This document shows, in pieces, positions 27,531-36,990 of a stretch of 64,000 nt of DNA. This DNA is from Polyangiaceae bacterium (GTDB taxonomy: Bacteria > Myxococcota_A > Polyangia > Polyangiales > Polyangiaceae), in NCBI GenBank assembly GCA_044376115.1, contig JBILLK010000001.1, positions 1 through 64,000 on the forward strand, read 5' to 3'. The notes beneath the pieces are model-generated. The model saw only the letters and a list, made by a program, of their open reading frames with translations, made no database searches and was not told where the DNA came from. The position numbers and the translations under genes were made by a program. How positions within the stretch are numbered: position 1 is the stretch's first letter; the number at the start of each line of letters is the position of its first letter.

Positions 27531-28829
27531 ATGACATCGATTGCCCCTCCCACGACGGACGCAGCCGAAGGCACAGCAAAGAAGACTCACGCGAAGGGGG
27601 ATCACACCCACTTTGGTGGCCCCTGGGGAGCCGCGATCCTGATCGTCTTTTTACCGCTCATCACCCTCTATCTTTGGATTTCTATCCACAAGCACGGGGG
27701 CGCGCTCATACTTCCGAGCCGAGCGGTTCTAAGCGAGATACCTTTACCGACCTCTCGCAGCGCAGCGCTTCTCTTTGGTTGGCTTGCGTTTCAGGTCGCC
27801 CTTCAAGTCCTGCTGCCAGGAAAAGTCGTTACTGGACTGGCGCAACGCGATGGCGTGCGCATGCAGTACAAGCTCAACGGCCTGTTCTCGCTGATTGTTA
27901 CATTGGGTTTGGGAGGCGGGCTCTATGCGGCGGGCGTGATTCGGGGCCAAGTCGTGTTGGACGAGCTTGGCCCCTTACTCAGCAGCTCGATCCTCTTTGC
28001 GTTCGCATTCAGCCTCTTTATCTACCTGTATGGGTTCACCTCGAAGCGAGAGGAAGAGCGCTCTGGCATCCTGGTCTACGACTACTTCATGGGGTCGTCG
28101 CTCAATCCCCGCATCGGAAAGCTCTTCGACCTGAAGCTCTTCTTCGAGTCAAAGATCGGCATGACCACCTGGATTGTCCTCGCCTTTGCCATGGCGTGCT
28201 CCCAGCACGAGCGGACCGGAAGTCTGTCAAAAGAGATGGTTCTGGTTTGTCTTTTGCAGCTCTGGTATGTCGTCGACTTTTACTGGTTTGAAGATGCAAT
28301 GTTGACGACCTGGGACATCAACTATGAAAACTACGGTTTCATGTTGGCCCAAGGTTTCATCGTTTGGATGCCATTCAACTTTTCACTTCAGGCTCAGTAT
28401 CTCGTATACCAATCACCCAACATTCCACTATTTGTCATTCCACTGATTGCGCTATTCAACTTCGCTGGCTATTACATATTCCGGGCGTCTAACTTGCAGA
28501 AGCACAACTTCCGCACGGACCCCAACGCACAGATCTGGGGCAAACCACCCACGTTCTTGCAGACCAAGCGTGGCACCAAGCTGCTGACCTCGGGGTTCTG
28601 GGGGCTAGCCCGCCATACCAACTACTTGGGCGACTTGATGATGGCGCTTGCCTGGTGTCTTCCCGCTGGGTTCTCACACGTCCCGCCCTACTTCTATTTC
28701 ATCTACTTCGCGCCGCTGCTGATCGACCGTGAGCGGCGGGACCACAAAGTGTGTGCGCAGAAGTATGGTCAGGATTGGGAGACCTATTGCGCGAAGGTCA
28801 AGTATCGCATTGTCCCAGGCATATATTGA
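27531..28829 (+). CDS. ERG4/ERG24-family sterol reductase (Delta14-sterol reductase / DHCR7 / LBR-like)
   Basis: FGGPWG, YKLNG, DYFMGSSLNPRIG, DLKLF, GFML, LLTSGFWGLARHTNYLGD, KYG..W..YC.KVKYRIVPGIY, and multiple TM helices. Confidence 0.92.
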   Translation: MTSIAPPTTDAAEGTAKKTHAKGDHTHFGGPWGAAILIVFLPLITLYLWISIHKHGGALILPSRAVLSEIPLPTSRSAALLFGWLAFQVALQVLLPGKVVTGLAQRDGVRMQYKLNGLFSLIVTLGLGGGLYAAGVIRGQVVLDELGPLLSSSILFAFAFSLFIYLYGFTSKREEERSGILVYDYFMGSSLNPRIGKLFDLKLFFESKIGMTTWIVLAFAMACSQHERTGSLSKEMVLVCLLQLWYVVDFYWFEDAMLTTWDINYENYGFMLAQGFIVWMPFNFSLQAQYLVYQSPNIPLFVIPLIALFNFAGYYIFRASNLQKHNFRTDPNAQIWGKPPTFLQTKRGTKLLTSGFWGLARHTNYLGDLMMALAWCLPAGFSHVPPYFYFIYFAPLLIDRERRDHKVCAQKYGQDWETYCAKVKYRIVPGIY

Positions 28830-28832
28830 TGC

Positions 28833-30395
28833 TTACTTGCGGTGGGATTGAGGCAGTGGCTGGGTCACCTGCTCGGCCTCGAGAGCAATTACTTCAGTCG
28901 TTTGCCTTGGAAGTTCGCTTGCACTGAGGCGGCGGTGTGCATCGAGCATAAGCAGCCGATTCGCGAGCGCTGTCCCGTTGGGCGGCCGTTCGTCAGGCTG
29001 CTTGGATAGGCACGCCATCACCACGGCCTCGAGCCCCGGTGGTAGCGGCGCGCTAATCCGCTCACTTGGTGGGGTGACCCGCTCAGTCACATGTGCGGTC
29101 AGCTGAGCCGTTACTCCTTTCGCGTGAAACAGCGTTTGGCCGGTCAGCAGAAAGTAGGCGACGGCTCCCATTGAGTAGACATCACTTCGAGCGTCCGCCT
29201 CGGCGCCAGCCACCAACTCGGGGGCCATGAAGTTGGGGGTACCAACCACATATCCCTCGAGGGTAAGGCCTTCAGAGGCCTGCCCTCTCAGCCGAACGAT
29301 TCCAAAGTCGATGACCTTCACGAAGTCGACCTCACCGCCGGCTGCAGCCAGGACCAAGTTATCTGGCTTTAGGTCGCGGTGAACCATTCCCTTTTCATGC
29401 GCCTCACCGAGTGCTCTTGCGACTTGCATCATCAAACGAATCACGCGTTGAGGCTGGACTGGGCCCTGTTCCTTTACGAGCGTTCCTAGAGTCATGCCCT
29501 CGAGGAGTTCCATTGCGTAGTAGAGCAACCCGTCATCGGTTACGCCGTAGTCAAACACGCGCACGGTGTTCGGATGCCGAAGCTCGGCTAAAGCCTCTAC
29601 TTCTCGCTCAAAACGCACAGTGGATTGGTCATCGACCTGACGCAACACTTTTAGCGCTACGTCTCGGCGCAACCCGCGGTGGAAGGCAGCCCAAACTTCG
29701 CCCATTCCTCCTTTGCCAATCAATTTCTTTAGTTGATAGCGACCGATGCTTCGCGACTCGTAGACCTGCTGCCTCAGCCGGTGGTTCAAGTGACCACCGG
29801 CGACACTAATGGCCCCCATCGTAGTTATAAGCAATAGCCCAAAGCCGAAGGCAACCTTTGTGGAGTCGCTATTGCTGAACGCGTCAAGCCGGTGGAGCGC
29901 GTAGAGCGCGGCAAAGAAGCTAGTCGAAAAGCTCAGCAAGGTACCAACGACAATCAGGACGGTCTTGTTCCAGGGCAGGTCGACGAAGGCCGGAACCGTC
30001 ATCACAATCACGCATCCCATCATGTGGATGGTGCCGAGCGCGCCCGAATAGGCGGTCAACGCGCCCAGGCCCAACGCCATCGTCGACATGAATGCCGCTA
30101 TCGAACCTTCTCGAATAGCGATTGAGCCAGCCCCATACTTACGACCCAAGATCGCAATACCAATAAGGACGAGCCCACTGCTCGCTCGGATGACGACGGC
30201 TGGCAGAGTTGCGCCCTCGTAGAGGATGTGTCCGAGCAGTGCGTCGACCGGTAGGAAGAGAAACCACGCGACGAGCGGAATCGGAATCAATCCCGCGGCA
30301 CGCCGACCTTGGTGTTGCGCTGCGCCCTGCCAAAACCGCGAATGAACGGGCCGCACCGTGCCGTTACCTCGCGGAGTCGGAATCGCTTGGCTCAT
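28833..30395 (-). CDS. Membrane-bound Ser/Thr protein kinase
   Basis: N-terminal TM helices, then IGKGGMGEV, VALK, HRDLKPDN, DFG and APE. Confidence 0.92.
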   Translation of the reverse strand: MSQAIPTPRGNGTVRPVHSRFWQGAAQHQGRRAAGLIPIPLVAWFLFLPVDALLGHILYEGATLPAVVIRASSGLVLIGIAILGRKYGAGSIAIREGSIAAFMSTMALGLGALTAYSGALGTIHMMGCVIVMTVPAFVDLPWNKTVLIVVGTLLSFSTSFFAALYALHRLDAFSNSDSTKVAFGFGLLLITTMGAISVAGGHLNHRLRQQVYESRSIGRYQLKKLIGKGGMGEVWAAFHRGLRRDVALKVLRQVDDQSTVRFEREVEALAELRHPNTVRVFDYGVTDDGLLYYAMELLEGMTLGTLVKEQGPVQPQRVIRLMMQVARALGEAHEKGMVHRDLKPDNLVLAAAGGEVDFVKVIDFGIVRLRGQASEGLTLEGYVVGTPNFMAPELVAGAEADARSDVYSMGAVAYFLLTGQTLFHAKGVTAQLTAHVTERVTPPSERISAPLPPGLEAVVMACLSKQPDERPPNGTALANRLLMLDAHRRLSASELPRQTTEVIALEAEQVTQPLPQSHRK

Positions 30396-30481
30396 CCGCG
30401 AGGAAGTCTCGCATGTTCGACCGACCGCAGACGCGGCAAATATGCTGTAGGTCGAACCACGGTCGTCAGGGCAAGCCGACG

Positions 30482-31423
30482 CTAGGCGGCGGTTCGGCTA
30501 TTCCAGACGGCTACCCGGTTACGTCCATTCTTTTTTGATGTGTAAAGGGCTTCATCCGTGCGGGTAAGGAAGCTCTCGCAGGTTACTTTGGCTTCCTGGG
30601 ACTCAAGCGACGAGAGGCCAAAACTTGCCGTGGTATGGAACACTCGGCCATCTTGAGTGCGATGCTCGAGTTGTTCCACCGCCACGCGCAGCCGCTCTGC
30701 GAGAATGACCGCACCAGACTCGCCGGTGTTGCCCAGAATTACGGCGAGCTCCTCACCGCCGTAGCGGGCAACCACGTCCGCCTTGCGAACAACGGTCTTC
30801 AAGACCATCGCGATTTCTCGGAGAACATTGTCGCCCACGGTGTGCCCGAACCGATCGTTGACCGACTTGAAGTGGTCTACGTCGACAAGAATCAGGCTTA
30901 GCGGAGTGCGATAGCGGAGGAACCGAGAAACCTCCGCCTCCAACGTCGAGTCGAAGTGCCTGCGGTTGAACACGCCCGTGAGCGCGTCGGTGCAGGAGAG
31001 GTGATAGAGCTTGGTGTTTGCTGTCTCGAGCTCCTCTTGCAGGAGCCGCTGCTTGCACAATGTTCGCACCCGCGCGAGCAGTTCCCTGGGGTGAAACGGC
31101 TTGGTCACGTAGTCGGCGGCACCACGCTCGAGCACCTCCACCTTACGGTCTGTGTCGTCGGCGCTGGTGACCATGAGCACCGGAATGTTGGCTGCGTCCG
31201 AGCGTGAGCCTTTGAAACGCAAGAAGGTGATGCCGTCGCAGGCGGGCATCACCAGGTCGCAAATCACCACATCGGGCCTAAACTCCGTAAGCACCTTGAG
31301 CGCGGCGAAACCGTCTTCACACTCACGGAACGCTTCGAATTCATCATTGCTCGACAAGGCCTGCACGATCTCGCGACGTACACTTGCACTGTCGTCAACG
31401 ATCAGGATTCTTCCTCGCCTCAC
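30482..31423 (-). CDS. Response regulator diguanylate cyclase (REC-GGDEF)
   Basis: REC motifs ILIVDDS, CDLVMP and TKPF; then DALTG, an RxxD I-site (RKAD) and GGEEL. Confidence 0.93.
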   Translation of the reverse strand: MRRGRILIVDDSASVRREIVQALSSNDEFEAFRECEDGFAALKVLTEFRPDVVICDLVMPACDGITFLRFKGSRSDAANIPVLMVTSADDTDRKVEVLERGAADYVTKPFHPRELLARVRTLCKQRLLQEELETANTKLYHLSCTDALTGVFNRRHFDSTLEAEVSRFLRYRTPLSLILVDVDHFKSVNDRFGHTVGDNVLREIAMVLKTVVRKADVVARYGGEELAVILGNTGESGAVILAERLRVAVEQLEHRTQDGRVFHTTASFGLSSLESQEAKVTCESFLTRTDEALYTSKKNGRNRVAVWNSRTAA

Positions 31424-31493
31424 GGGTTAGCCACTCTCTCGTTAGAGCGGCTCTCTCCACGTAAGGCTTTAGCCGAATCGCGAGAGCCGCAAA

Positions 31494-32340
31494 CTACTCG
31501 GTACGGCCAGCGAGTTTGAAGGCGGTTTCGGCGGTGGGACCGTTCTCGTAGCCATGGACCATGACGAACACGGAGGTGGCCTGGGTAAGCGTAAACCGCA
31601 CCTCTTCATTCGTTCCGTCAAGCCACGGACGGAAGTCCCACACATCAAGAGTCGGCTTCTTGCCAAGACCGACATAGAGGTCTGCGTCGCCGCCAATAGA
31701 GGCCTGGTCCTCCTTCAGAGAGAGCACGTAGCTTCCCGGCTTGAGCGTACCCAATGAGTACTCGACCTGTTCGCCGCGAGCCACGACGTCAGCCTGGGTA
31801 ACCTCCCATTTAGATACGATGCCTGCGGGGGTAAAGACGTTGTCTTCCTCTCCAGTTACGACCACCACCTGGGACTTATCAATCTTCGCAAAGATCTCCT
31901 GGTACGTCTTCGGCTTGTCGTTCTCGCTCAAGGACTTGATCAGCGCCATCGACGCGGAGGGCATTGAGGAGAAGAAGGCCGGCATGGCATTGGTGACCAT
32001 ATCCATGTACTTGGTCCCCGTCGGATCATCAGGGTTGAGTACGGAACGAGTCTTGGCGAGCGAGCCATCCACGTACGCGAAGGTGTCGCAGCCGTTCATA
32101 AAGAAGATTTGGTACTTCTCTGCTCGGAATTCACCCTTCTTCGCGAGCGCCTTTACGTTCTGCCCGAGGCCGGCATGGCCGTTGTAGAAGATGAGATCGG
32201 CCTCTGTGCTGAGCCCCTCGTAGCGCTGATAGAAGGTTTGCGGCGCCGACGAGATATTGTCGGTTAGCAAGGCATTGATCACGATCTTGCGGCCATTCGA
32301 CAACGTTATCTCGGCCGTTACGTCGGGGTTACCCACACCC
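31494..32340 (-). pseudogene. PPC (pre-peptidase C-terminal) domain protein, probably 5'-truncated
   Basis: Contains YNGHAGLG, FFMNGCDTFAY and a C-terminal PPC (GDADLYV..G.KPT...WDFRP). There is no signal peptide or convincing start, and the frame upstream of about 32340 reads like non-coding sequence. Confidence 0.5.
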
Positions 32341-32509
32341 CCAAGTGGCAGAAGGGAGCCGATCGGTACTATGCATGCCGCGCAACATTGGCGCCGGCGG
32401 CAAAGGAGGCGGCCCAAGCGTTCGAGGCAGCTTGCCGCGCCATGGTGCCGATCGACTGGGATTGATCGACTTGCCGACGAACTGAGGCCGTGGCGCGCAA
32501 GCGTAGAAC

Positions 32510-33256
32510 TTAGGCCGTAGCGCGCGCGAGGGTGCGGTTGACCATGCCAAAGGTAACCGTCATGCGGCCCTGAAGCGCGTGCACCACCACGCCTGGACCA
32601 AACTTAGAGTGGTTGATGGCATCGCCGACCTCGTACCGCTCGGTCGCCGCGTAGGCTTTCAGCGCAGCCTTCGCCGTTCGGCTCTCGAACCACATATGTC
32701 GAGCCGGTACGCCAAAGGTCGCCTTGTCGATGAAGTCGAGGAAGGGCCATAGTGCCTTGCGGTTGGCTGACTCGATGCGCGCAAGCACGTTTGCCACGGG
32801 GCTAACGCCGCCTTTGGCGAGCGCAGCAACGTTCTCCGGCTGCGGCTCGAGGGCTTCGCACTCCGTGCGAATGGGCGCAAGGAGCGCCTCGTCGGCGGCG
32901 GTTGGTTCAGGATTCGTGATGGTGTTGAAGCAAAGCTTCATGCAGCGATTGACCTGCGGACCTCCCACAGCAATCGCTTGCAGAAAGTCTTGAGCATCCA
33001 TCGCAGCAACCCAAAACTGCCCTTCGCTGCCGACGTAAACGACAGGGTGAGAGGCTCGGCCTGCCTTCCAAATTGCGTACGTCCCGCCACTTCCGTCGGT
33101 CGTGAGCAGATCCAGAGCCAAGGCGATTTTGTCACGCGCAGTTTCGCCGAGCGGAGCGAGCAGCTGCAGGGTCCCACTCTTGTTCGGCCGGCGAAGGTCG
33201 TTGGCGCGGATGGGGAAGAGAGTGGCAATGAGAGCTTTCTGCTCGCGAACGTCCAT
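32510..33256 (-). CDS. Hypothetical protein: SMI1/KNR4 (SUKH)-like N-terminal domain plus C-terminal Tudor-like domain
   Basis: DGSGGTYAIW...PVVYVGSEGQ...DFL in the N-terminal part, and YEVGDAINHSKFGPGVV...VTF at the C-terminus. Confidence 0.55.
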   Translation of the reverse strand: MDVREQKALIATLFPIRANDLRRPNKSGTLQLLAPLGETARDKIALALDLLTTDGSGGTYAIWKAGRASHPVVYVGSEGQFWVAAMDAQDFLQAIAVGGPQVNRCMKLCFNTITNPEPTAADEALLAPIRTECEALEPQPENVAALAKGGVSPVANVLARIESANRKALWPFLDFIDKATFGVPARHMWFESRTAKAALKAYAATERYEVGDAINHSKFGPGVVVHALQGRMTVTFGMVNRTLARATA

Positions 33257-33293
33257 GAAGATCCTTTTGAAAAAGATGCGTTGCAGATGAGGG

Positions 33294-35588
33294 CTAGGCG
33301 CGCATCGACGGTGGAATGAGCGGGCTCGGCTCGGCGGTCGTGATCAGCCACAGTTGGTGCGCTGCACGAGTCGCTCCGATATGCAGAAGGTGACGCGCTT
33401 CATCGTCAGCGGGGTAGGTACTGGCGTTGACGTCTACCAATACGACGTAGTCGTATTCGAGACCCTTAACCTGCTTCACATCGGTCACTTCGACTCCGGG
33501 GCGAAACGAGAACTCGAACGCACGGATGCGGCGCAGGTTCGGGATGTCTGCCATTTTTAGCGCGCTGTAATAGGCGTCGGCTTGCTCGGGAAAGCGGGCG
33601 AGAATGGCGAGTGTTGCATTGGGCTCGCGAGCGAGCAGCGGACGAATCGCGTCAGCCAAGAAGCCGACGGCCGCGCCTGGACTCGGGAACTCGTGCAACT
33701 CGACCGGCGCACCCGACCGATGCGCGACCGGGGGCGTAGGATCGGCAAGCGGACCGAGTACGTAGCGAGCGACCTCGAGCACCTCTTTGGTCGAGCGATA
33801 GGCGATGCGAAGCGGCTCGATGTCGACGCGCGACATGCCGAGATCGTCGAGCACTTTGCTCCAATCCTTGAAGCCCGAATCCATATGGATACGTTGTGCG
33901 GTGTCCCCAGCGAGCGTGGCCGAACGATGAACCATACCGTCCCCAATCTCTTCCGCGCTCTGGCGTCTCCCGCCCTTGACCGTGTCGGCTTGGGGCGTGA
34001 TATCGCGCACGCAGTTCAGAAGAACCGCAAGGTCGATCGATGAAAGGTCCTGAGCCTCATCGACGAAGAGATGCTCGTAAACGAGCGGGCCCTTCATACC
34101 TTTGCGCAACTCGCCCTTGATCACCTGGTAGGCGCGCAATAGCAGTGCGTCGTCTTCAGGGTCGAGGCGGGCGCGGTCGTCGTCCTCGATGTCGCGATCG
34201 TCGACGCCACGCTTACGCTCGTCCTCAACACCATCATTGGCGGGCTCATCTTCCTGCGCCGCCTTGCGTTCAGAGCGGTCGCCTGGGTCCAAGTCAACCA
34301 CCGCCGGGCACCGGTCTGAACACCAACGCCAGGCTCGACGCTGATCACTTTCCGGGAACTCGGGGTCCGGAGACGCGGCGAACGCCGCTGCGATTTGATC
34401 CCAGTTGGTGAGGAAGTCCGCCCAGAAGAACAGGACACCGTGTGAGTCTTTTCGGGTCTTCGGGTCTTGAGCGAACTCTGTGGCGCGCTCCTCGAGCAAG
34501 CGCAACAGCACCGGGTGTGTCTTCAAGCGGGTGACCACGCTCGGTGTGCCGTCTTCAACCTCAACGTCGAGCCACGGGAAATGTTTGCGGCGCTGCTCTG
34601 CGGCCCACTCGGCGTAGGTTTCGATGGGCAGCGCATCGATGCCGAGCGCCGGTAGCATCTCTCCGATGTACGCGCGGAGCGCGGGGCTACCGACCACGAC
34701 CAGCATCTTGTCGGGAGAGAACCGCTGTTTGTTTTGATAGGCCAGGAACGCGAGCCGGTGCACGCCGATCGTCGTCTTTCCGCTGCCGGCGCCGCCCTGA
34801 ATGACCACCAAACCCGTATCCGGCTTGCTGATGAGCTCGAACTGACGCGGATCCAGCAGCGCGGCGATCTCAGGTAGGTGCCGGTCTTCTCGCTGAGCGC
34901 CGGAGTCATCGATGCCTAGCGTCCCGCGCATATCCGAAGGGCGAACGGCTTTGCCCTGACCGCCCGAGAGCTCGGTCGAAGCGACAGAAAGTGCACGCCA
35001 GCCCGCTTGACCCTTCACATAGACGCCTTGAGGCGCAGTAACGCGTCGTAGGTCTGCGTTCTGAATCGTCACCGTACGGCGAGTGAGCACCGAACCGACA
35101 ACCTCACGGTCGGCGATAACCTCCTCGTACTCAGCGCCTTCTTCGTACTTGTAATAGATCTGGCTGAGCGGCGCGTGGCGCCAGTCAACGATGCGCACGC
35201 CGGCCTTGGCATCGATCAGCGTGGTCTTGCCGATCAACACGTCACGGGCTGGTTTCCCCTCCTCCGTGAGCCGAACGTGCCCGAAGTAGGGCGACTTGGG
35301 GTCAACCGCCTCCACGATGTTCTCCGAACGCTTCGCTGCGATGCTCGCAACCCGCTCCATTTGCTGCACCAGCGCCGGCACGTCTTCCAGCCGCGCGACG
35401 GCGATCTGGTCACGCAGCGAGATCAGGTCCTCTTCGTAGTCGCCAATCGGCGGCGGCTTTGAAGGTCTGTAGGTCGCGAGGAAATCGTTAACGCGGCGGA
35501 GGATCTGCTCTTCCTCTTTTACGATCGTGAGGTCTGGCTGGATTGCCGGGGCCGCCGCATCGGGTTTCTCGTCTTTGGTGTTCTGCAT
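33294..35588 (-). CDS. HelD-like SF1 (UvrD-family) ATPase
   Basis: SPYFGHV, IVDWRHAP, IQGGAGSGKTT..HRLAFL, VDEAQD, AGDTAQ, YRST, KGLEYD and TRA. The start may be 35588 or 35648. Confidence 0.8.
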   Translation of the reverse strand: MQNTKDEKPDAAAPAIQPDLTIVKEEEQILRRVNDFLATYRPSKPPPIGDYEEDLISLRDQIAVARLEDVPALVQQMERVASIAAKRSENIVEAVDPKSPYFGHVRLTEEGKPARDVLIGKTTLIDAKAGVRIVDWRHAPLSQIYYKYEEGAEYEEVIADREVVGSVLTRRTVTIQNADLRRVTAPQGVYVKGQAGWRALSVASTELSGGQGKAVRPSDMRGTLGIDDSGAQREDRHLPEIAALLDPRQFELISKPDTGLVVIQGGAGSGKTTIGVHRLAFLAYQNKQRFSPDKMLVVVGSPALRAYIGEMLPALGIDALPIETYAEWAAEQRRKHFPWLDVEVEDGTPSVVTRLKTHPVLLRLLEERATEFAQDPKTRKDSHGVLFFWADFLTNWDQIAAAFAASPDPEFPESDQRRAWRWCSDRCPAVVDLDPGDRSERKAAQEDEPANDGVEDERKRGVDDRDIEDDDRARLDPEDDALLLRAYQVIKGELRKGMKGPLVYEHLFVDEAQDLSSIDLAVLLNCVRDITPQADTVKGGRRQSAEEIGDGMVHRSATLAGDTAQRIHMDSGFKDWSKVLDDLGMSRVDIEPLRIAYRSTKEVLEVARYVLGPLADPTPPVAHRSGAPVELHEFPSPGAAVGFLADAIRPLLAREPNATLAILARFPEQADAYYSALKMADIPNLRRIRAFEFSFRPGVEVTDVKQVKGLEYDYVVLVDVNASTYPADDEARHLLHIGATRAAHQLWLITTAEPSPLIPPSMRA

Positions 35589-35704
35589 GGGCAATTGGGG
35601 TTGTCGCGCATGCCACACGAGCGGTCTGATGTCGAGATCCGGCGGCATGAGGGAGGCTAAAGCCGGTGCTTTGTTCCGTCGTTGACCAAAGCTCAACAAC
35701 TAGC

Positions 35705-35747
35705 TTGCACCGAAACTACTTCGCACATAAAACTTTTTTATCCGAAG
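35705..35747 (+). promoter_or_regulatory. Possible sigma70-type promoter overlapped by an AT-rich inverted repeat upstream of the acyl-CoA dehydrogenase genes
   Basis: TTGCAC-17 bp-TAAAAC, overlapped by the imperfect inverted repeat cttcg..ataaaa-ctt-ttttat..cgaag. Confidence 0.35.
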
Positions 35748-35759
35748 CATCGAGGGTGC

Positions 35760-36983
35760 ATGATCGACTTTCAGCCTACAGAAGAACAACTGCTGATGAT
35801 CAGGGCGGTATCGCAGTTTGCCGGCGGCCTCCGCTCAAACGTTCGCGAGTTTGAGCGCGCGCAGTCGGTTCCTGCAGCCGTAGTCGCGGAAGCTGCGGGG
35901 ATGGGACTTGGACCAGCCATCCACATCCCGGCAAGCCACGGTGGTGCTGGGCTTGGCATGGTGACCGCCGTTCTCTTGGAGGAGGCACTCGCTGAAGTCG
36001 ATGCGGGTGTGGCCTTTGGCTTACCGGGAGGGTCGTTTGCTACCGCGGTGGCAGAGCTTTGCACTTCAGAGCAAGCATCGATGTGGTTGCCCAAGGTTTT
36101 GGAGGCAGGTGGGATGGGGGCGGTTTGCTTCAGCGAAGGCAAACCAAACCGTGCCCGACCAGGGTTCCTTACGGAGGCAACAGCCAACGAGGGCGGCTTC
36201 GTTCTGAAGGGGGAAAAAGCGTTCGTGCTCAACGCTGACCGCGCGAGCCACCTGCTCGTGTTCGCGCAACTCGAGGCAAGCAAAGGCTGGGAAGGATTGG
36301 CCGCCTTCGTCGTTGAGGCCAACGCCGACGGTGTAGTGATTGCGCCCTCAGTGCCGACCCTGGGACTGAACTGTGTCCGCTCGAGCTCGGTACACCTCAA
36401 TGACGTCAAGGTCCCCGCAGACGCACGAGTTGGTGGCGCTGGGCAGGACCTAACGCGAGCGATGCTTCGGTTCTTCGCGAAGGAGGGTCTCAAGACCGCC
36501 GCACGTGCAGTTGGCCTGTGTCAATCAGCGCTGGGAACCTCGCTCGAATACGTGAGCAACCGCAAAGCGTTTGGCAAGCCGATCGGACACTTTCAAGCCA
36601 TTGCCTTCACGCTCGCGGATCGCTCGATGGATGTCGACGCCGCACGAACGCTGGTTTGGCAGGCGGCAGCGCGCTGGGACCATCACGAAGCAAAGCCGAC
36701 TTCGCGAAGCGAGAAGGAGGCGCTTCTAGCTTCCGCGTTCGCCATCTCCTTTGCGTTGGAATCGGCCATGAAGGCCGGTGATTGCGCAGTGCAACTGCAC
36801 GGTGGAGCGGGCTTTATCCGCGACTACATCGTGGAAAAATTGATGCGCGACGCCAAGCAGCTGCAGGTCTGCTTCCTCACCTCCGAGCAGGCCGACCAGA
36901 TCGCTGCCACGCTCGAGCTAGGGTTGCCACTCGATCCCGCCGTCGTCCTTCCAACGCCCGAAACGCAGTCCGTTTTTACCTGA
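35760..36983 (+). CDS. Acyl-CoA dehydrogenase family protein (divergent subunit)
   Basis: MIDFQPTEEQ, GGAGLG, LKGEKAFV, RKAFGKPIGHFQAI and VQLHGGAGF. It lacks the C-terminal EG motif. Confidence 0.88.
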   Translation: MIDFQPTEEQLLMIRAVSQFAGGLRSNVREFERAQSVPAAVVAEAAGMGLGPAIHIPASHGGAGLGMVTAVLLEEALAEVDAGVAFGLPGGSFATAVAELCTSEQASMWLPKVLEAGGMGAVCFSEGKPNRARPGFLTEATANEGGFVLKGEKAFVLNADRASHLLVFAQLEASKGWEGLAAFVVEANADGVVIAPSVPTLGLNCVRSSSVHLNDVKVPADARVGGAGQDLTRAMLRFFAKEGLKTAARAVGLCQSALGTSLEYVSNRKAFGKPIGHFQAIAFTLADRSMDVDAARTLVWQAAARWDHHEAKPTSRSEKEALLASAFAISFALESAMKAGDCAVQLHGGAGFIRDYIVEKLMRDAKQLQVCFLTSEQADQIAATLELGLPLDPAVVLPTPETQSVFT

Positions 36984-36990
36984 GGCTCGT

